From Hemiscyllium ocellatum (Eukaryota), in assembly GCF_020745735.1 (NCBI RefSeq), contig NC_083435.1, positions 37,907,090 through 37,971,089 of the forward strand: a stretch of 64,000 nucleotides of DNA, in the 5' to 3' direction. The notes beneath the pieces were generated by a model. That model had not been told where the DNA came from, searched no databases, and was given only the letters and a program-made list of their open reading frames with translations. The position numbers were made by a program, and so were the translations under genes. This document shows, piece by piece, positions 59,863-64,000 of the stretch. Numbering within the stretch: the stretch's first letter is position 1; each line of letters starts with the position of its first letter.

Positions 59863-62800
59863 TTTTTTTTCTTCTCTTTTTCTTTCTGTGCAGGTGAGAG
59901 ACACAAAATGCACAGATCTTTATTCAATTTCCACGACCAGGAAGATAAGAAAACACCCGGGTGGCCAGTGAAGGGCAATGCTGTGTGATCAAACAGTGAA
60001 GGGGAGAGCAGGGATTAAATCAAAATAGAGTTGGAGGGGAAAATGATGCACTCCACTCCCTGCGGCGCCCACCTCTCCCTGAAAAACTCCAGGGTGTTGG
60101 TGGACACCGCGTGCTCCTTCTCCAAGGACACCTGGGCCCTAACGTAACCGCGGAAGAGGGGCAGGCAGTTGGCCCGCATGACCCCCTCCACGGCCCGCTG
60201 CCTGGACCTGTTTATGGCCAGTTTGGCCAGGCCCAGCAGCAGACCCACGAGGAGGTCTTCAGACCTGCCCTCCCTCCTCCGCACCGGGTGCCCGAAGATC
60301 AGGAGCGTGGGGCTGAAGTGCAACCAAAAACAGAGGAGAAGGTTTTTCAGAAAATCAAAAAGGGAGTGCAAACGCCCACACCCAACATACACATGGTCCA
60401 CGGACTCCACAGCGCCACAGAACAAGCAGTTGGGCTGGGAGTCCGTGAACCACCGCAATCTGCGGTTGCAGGGGACTGCTGCGTGCAGCACCCTCCACCC
60501 CAGATCCCCGAGAGAAAGGGGGAGGACTCCAGCATAGAGGGCCCTCCACTGGGGATCCCCACCGCCCGGTGGCAAATGGGCATGCCAGGGCGTGTCCGGG
60601 TGGTGGATGAGGGAGAAGAGGTGGACGGTGTGCAGCAGCAGTCTGTACAGGACCCGCCTTTTAACGTCCTTGAATGGGACAAAATTAAAATTTCGGAGGT
60701 GGCTCAGGTTGTGGGGCACAGGCTCCCGCGGGAAGTACGGGACCTTGGGGCCAATGTGAAATTCCGTCCAGGCAGGGGTGAGCGCGGACGGGATCCCACC
60801 GCACACCTGAGCGTCCTCCAACTGGTGCACTACGTCGGGTCCGAGCACCGCCATTTTAAGGCGTCGGATGGCGGTGGCCACATACCGGACGTCTACCACT
60901 GCCCTGCTCGCTATGTCTTGCGGCAACGTCCAGCCCAGGCCCCCGGCACCCAGCACGTCCCCAACCCTGGTCACCCTCGCCGCCACGGCCCTCCCCTCCG
61001 ACAGCCACTCGAACCCGCGAGCACGGAGGTGTGGATTCCTGAGCAACGGCTCCCTGACGACAGCCGCTACTCCTGCCGGAGGGTAGGCGCGACGCAATTC
61101 GACCATGTTCCAGACAGTGATCAGGTCCTGGTAAAAGACAGGCAGCACCTTGAGGGCGACCTCCAAACCGTCACGGTCGACGAACAGGAGCTGCATGTCG
61201 TAGTTGAGGTTACGCACCTGGCGGGAAAAATACGTCGCCAGGGCGCACCACCTAGGAGGAGGCTCGACGTAAAGGTATCGCTGCAAGGTCTGAAGGCGGA
61301 AGGTCGCGACCTGGGTGCGGACGCACACCAGTGCCTGACTGCCCTCCACAATAGGGAGACTCAGAACCTGCGCAGCGACCCAGTGCATCTTTTTGTCCCA
61401 GAAGAAGTCGACTAACGTTCTCTGGATGTCAGCGACAAAGCCAGGAGGAGGGACCAAAGTGACCAGCCGGTACCACAGCATGGCGGCCACCAGCTGGTTT
61501 ATGACCAGCACTCGGCTCCTGTAAGATAGCACTCGGAACAGTCCTGTCCAGCGGCCTAGGCGAGCCGAGACTTTGGCCTCCAGCTCCTGCCAGTTGGCCG
61601 GCCAGGATTCCTCGGTCGGGCTGAGGTAGACCCCCAGGTAGAGGAGATGGGTGGTACTCCAGCTGAACCCCCGAAACTCCTCCGGCAGGGAGTCCACCCG
61701 CCACGGACCCACCAGTAGCCCGGAACATTTGGCCCAGTTGATCCTGGCGGAAGACGCTGCTGAGTACACGGCGTGGCACTCGCGCATCCTCCCCAGGTCA
61801 GCCGGGTCGGTGAAAGTGAGGAGCACGTCATCCGCGTAGGCCGAGAGGACCACCCCCGTGCCCGCGCCGCGCAGAACCAGCCCCGACAACCTCCTCCACA
61901 AGAGGCGCAGGAAAGGCTCCACGCACAGGGAATACAGCTGGCCGGACAGGGGGCAGCCTTGACGCACTCCTCTCCCGAAGCGAAGGGGCGCCGTCAGGGA
62001 CCCGTTAACTTTAACCAGACACTCTGCGGCGGCGTACAAAAGTCGGATCCGGGCGACGAACTGCGTCCCGAACCCGAACGCCCGCAGAGTCCCGAGCAGG
62101 TACTCGTGATCGACCCTGTCGAACGCCTTCTCCTGGTCGAGAGACAGGAAGGCGCTTGGCAGACCAGCCCGTCGACAGAAATGGATCAGGTCCCAGACCA
62201 GATGGACATTGTCGTGTATCCTCCGGCCCGGGACCATGTAGGACTGGTCCGGGTGAATCATGTGGGCCAGCACGGAAGCCAGGCGAGAAGACAACACCCT
62301 GGCAAAGATTTTGTAGTCCGTGCTGAGGAGGGAGACCGGACGCCAGTTCTTCAAGGAACGAAGGTCCCCCTTCTTTGGCAGCAGGACGATGACCGCCCTG
62401 CGCCAAGAAAGGGGCAGCTCTCCGGCATTTAGACACTCCCCCAGGACCTGTGCGTAGTCGCTCCCCAGGACGTCCCAGAACGCCCTGAAGAACTCCACAG
62501 TCAGCCCGTCCAGCCCCGGGGATTTGCCCCTCGAGAGCCGGTCGAGGGCGCCGGTCAGCTCCTCTAAGGTGACGGGAGCGTCGAGCCTTCCGGCGTCCTC
62601 CGGGCTGAGCTGCAGCAGGTCCTCCCACAGAACTCTGCGAGCATCCTCGCTGGACGGATCCGGAGAGAACAGGGCCGTGTAATAGGATCGGACGTGGGCC
62701 CTGATACCCTCCGGATCCGAGACGAGGGACCCGTCGTCGGCCAGCAGCACAAGGAGCTGCTGACGGGTGCCGCGCCTTTTTTCCAGCGAGTAGAAGAAGG

Positions 62801-64000
62801 GGGAGCCGCGGTCCAGGTCCTGGAGGAGCTGGAGCCGCGACCTCACGTACGTGCCCCGAGCCCCGACGAGCTGCAGGTCCCGGAGCGCGGCCTTCTTCTC
62901 TTCGTACACCCCGCGCAGGGCCGGGTCCGCGTCGGGCTGACCGAGGCGTGACTCCAGGTCGAGCATCTCCCTCTCCCTCTCCAACTCCCCGATCCTGGAT
63001 TTCCGCCTCTTTGTCGACCCCCTCGCGTACTCCTGACAGAAGACGCGGACGTGAGCCTTGCCCACGTCCCACCATAGCCTCAGGGAGGGGAAGCTTCCCC
63101 GCTTCATTCTCCAGCCGACCCAGAAACGACGAAACGAGTCCCGGAACCGCACGTCCTCCAGCAGCAGGTTGTTAAAGTGCCAGTACGCGGAGCCCAACCT
63201 GGCGCCGAACGGAAGGAGTTCCGCCCACACCAGGTGATGGTCCGTGCACGACACCTGCCGCGTGGAGGCCTTCGGAAAACAGGAGGCGTACGCCCGCGAA
63301 ACGTACAGGCGGTCGATTCTGGACGCTCCGACCCCAGGCCTCACGAAGGTGAAGGCGATGGAGTCAGGATGGAGATTCCGCCAGACGTCCACCAGGTCCA
63401 AGGACTTGATCAGGTCCCCCAACCTCCTCCCCGACACCGAACTCGTGCGGGCACCGCCGTGGTCCCTGTCCTCGAGGACGCAGTTAAAATCTCCCCCGAG
63501 GACGACACACTGGTTCTCGTCGATGGAAGCGAGATGAGCGGACACTTCTTCGAAGAAGCTCGCTTGCCTCGGCCCGGCCAGGGGAGCGTAGACGTTCACC
63601 AAGTGAAGCACCGCGCCCCCCAGCCGAACCGTCAGGTGAAGCAAACGGCCTGGCACTGGCTCCCTGACCCCCAAGATCTCCGGCTGAAAATGCGGGGCCA
63701 ACAGGATAGCCACCCCGCCAGATCTGCGGGTGAGGTGACTCATGTAGACCCCCCCTCGCCACTCCAGGAGCCAGGTAGCTTCGTCTCCCGGGGTAATGTG
63801 GGTTTCTTGCAGGAAGCACACCGCGTACCTCCCGTCCCGAAGGACCGAGAGGGTCTGGAATCTGCGCTGTGACTCCCTGCTGCCGTTGATGTTGAGGCTG
63901 GCTATAGTTGTCTCCATGTTGGAAGTATAGTGCAACCACCACCAGTAAACAGTTATCAAAAACTATGTACATATTTACTGGGAGGACGAGAGAGGGGCAC
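59863..64000 (-). mobile_element. Tx1-clade non-LTR retrotransposon (3' portion; continues past the window end)
   Basis: Intact ORF2; 3' UTR with AATAAA (59919-59924, minus) and an A/G-rich tail joined to CR1 sequence. A frame ending VPLSRPPSKYVHSF* at 63956 may be the end of ORF1. Confidence 0.92.
60015..63917 (-). CDS. Tx1-type ORF2: APE endonuclease, reverse transcriptase, C-terminal Zn knuckle (1300 aa from METTIASL)
   Basis: SLNING, FLQETH, GDFNC, RID, TDH (APE); DQEKAFDRV, RQGCPLS, YADD (RT); CLFC...H...C. No stops. Confidence 0.96.
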   Translation of the reverse strand: METTIASLNINGSRESQRRFQTLSVLRDGRYAVCFLQETHITPGDEATWLLEWRGGVYMSHLTRRSGGVAILLAPHFQPEILGVREPVPGRLLHLTVRLGGAVLHLVNVYAPLAGPRQASFFEEVSAHLASIDENQCVVLGGDFNCVLEDRDHGGARTSSVSGRRLGDLIKSLDLVDVWRNLHPDSIAFTFVRPGVGASRIDRLYVSRAYASCFPKASTRQVSCTDHHLVWAELLPFGARLGSAYWHFNNLLLEDVRFRDSFRRFWVGWRMKRGSFPSLRLWWDVGKAHVRVFCQEYARGSTKRRKSRIGELEREREMLDLESRLGQPDADPALRGVYEEKKAALRDLQLVGARGTYVRSRLQLLQDLDRGSPFFYSLEKRRGTRQQLLVLLADDGSLVSDPEGIRAHVRSYYTALFSPDPSSEDARRVLWEDLLQLSPEDAGRLDAPVTLEELTGALDRLSRGKSPGLDGLTVEFFRAFWDVLGSDYAQVLGECLNAGELPLSWRRAVIVLLPKKGDLRSLKNWRPVSLLSTDYKIFARVLSSRLASVLAHMIHPDQSYMVPGRRIHDNVHLVWDLIHFCRRAGLPSAFLSLDQEKAFDRVDHEYLLGTLRAFGFGTQFVARIRLLYAAAECLVKVNGSLTAPLRFGRGVRQGCPLSGQLYSLCVEPFLRLLWRRLSGLVLRGAGTGVVLSAYADDVLLTFTDPADLGRMRECHAVYSAASSARINWAKCSGLLVGPWRVDSLPEEFRGFSWSTTHLLYLGVYLSPTEESWPANWQELEAKVSARLGRWTGLFRVLSYRSRVLVINQLVAAMLWYRLVTLVPPPGFVADIQRTLVDFFWDKKMHWVAAQVLSLPIVEGSQALVCVRTQVATFRLQTLQRYLYVEPPPRWCALATYFSRQVRNLNYDMQLLFVDRDGLEVALKVLPVFYQDLITVWNMVELRRAYPPAGVAAVVREPLLRNPHLRARGFEWLSEGRAVAARVTRVGDVLGAGGLGWTLPQDIASRAVVDVRYVATAIRRLKMAVLGPDVVHQLEDAQVCGGIPSALTPAWTEFHIGPKVPYFPREPVPHNLSHLRNFNFVPFKDVKRRVLYRLLLHTVHLFSLIHHPDTPWHAHLPPGGGDPQWRALYAGVLPLSLGDLGWRVLHAAVPCNRRLRWFTDSQPNCLFCGAVESVDHVYVGCGRLHSLFDFLKNLLLCFWLHFSPTLLIFGHPVRRREGRSEDLLVGLLLGLAKLAINRSRQRAVEGVMRANCLPLFRGYVRAQVSLEKEHAVSTNTLEFFRERWAPQGVECIIFPSNSILI

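Noticed and set aside
60111-63972. Long alternative-frame and antisense ORFs (434, 354, 231, 219 aa)
   Set aside because: Shadow ORFs of the GC-rich Tx1 ORF2; no recognisable domains.

Overview
Vertebrate genomic DNA, most likely a shark (inferred from the B2M protein and the HE1/V-SINE-type and CR1-type repeats). The only host gene I can support is a complete four-exon beta-2-microglobulin (B2M) gene on the + strand (~16.6-21.1 kb). Its promoter has an ISRE and an S-X1-X2-Y module. About 1.6 kb after the poly(A) signal, a ~22.4-kb minisatellite begins (47-bp unit, ~475 copies, nested higher-order duplications). Just beyond it is a unique GC-rich segment with two perfect NF-kB sites. The rest is mobile DNA: an intact-ORF2 Tx1-type LINE nested in a CR1; Penelope-like elements of two kinds (Poseidon-like, Neptune-like); many short Penelope-derived inserts with minimal hammerhead ribozyme motifs, often head-to-head foldbacks flanked by 11-18 bp target-site duplications; tRNA-derived SINEs; CR1 fragments; and decayed hAT, Harbinger, Gypsy and Copia remnants. 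All family names and comparisons to human or nurse-shark sequences come from recall, not database searches.
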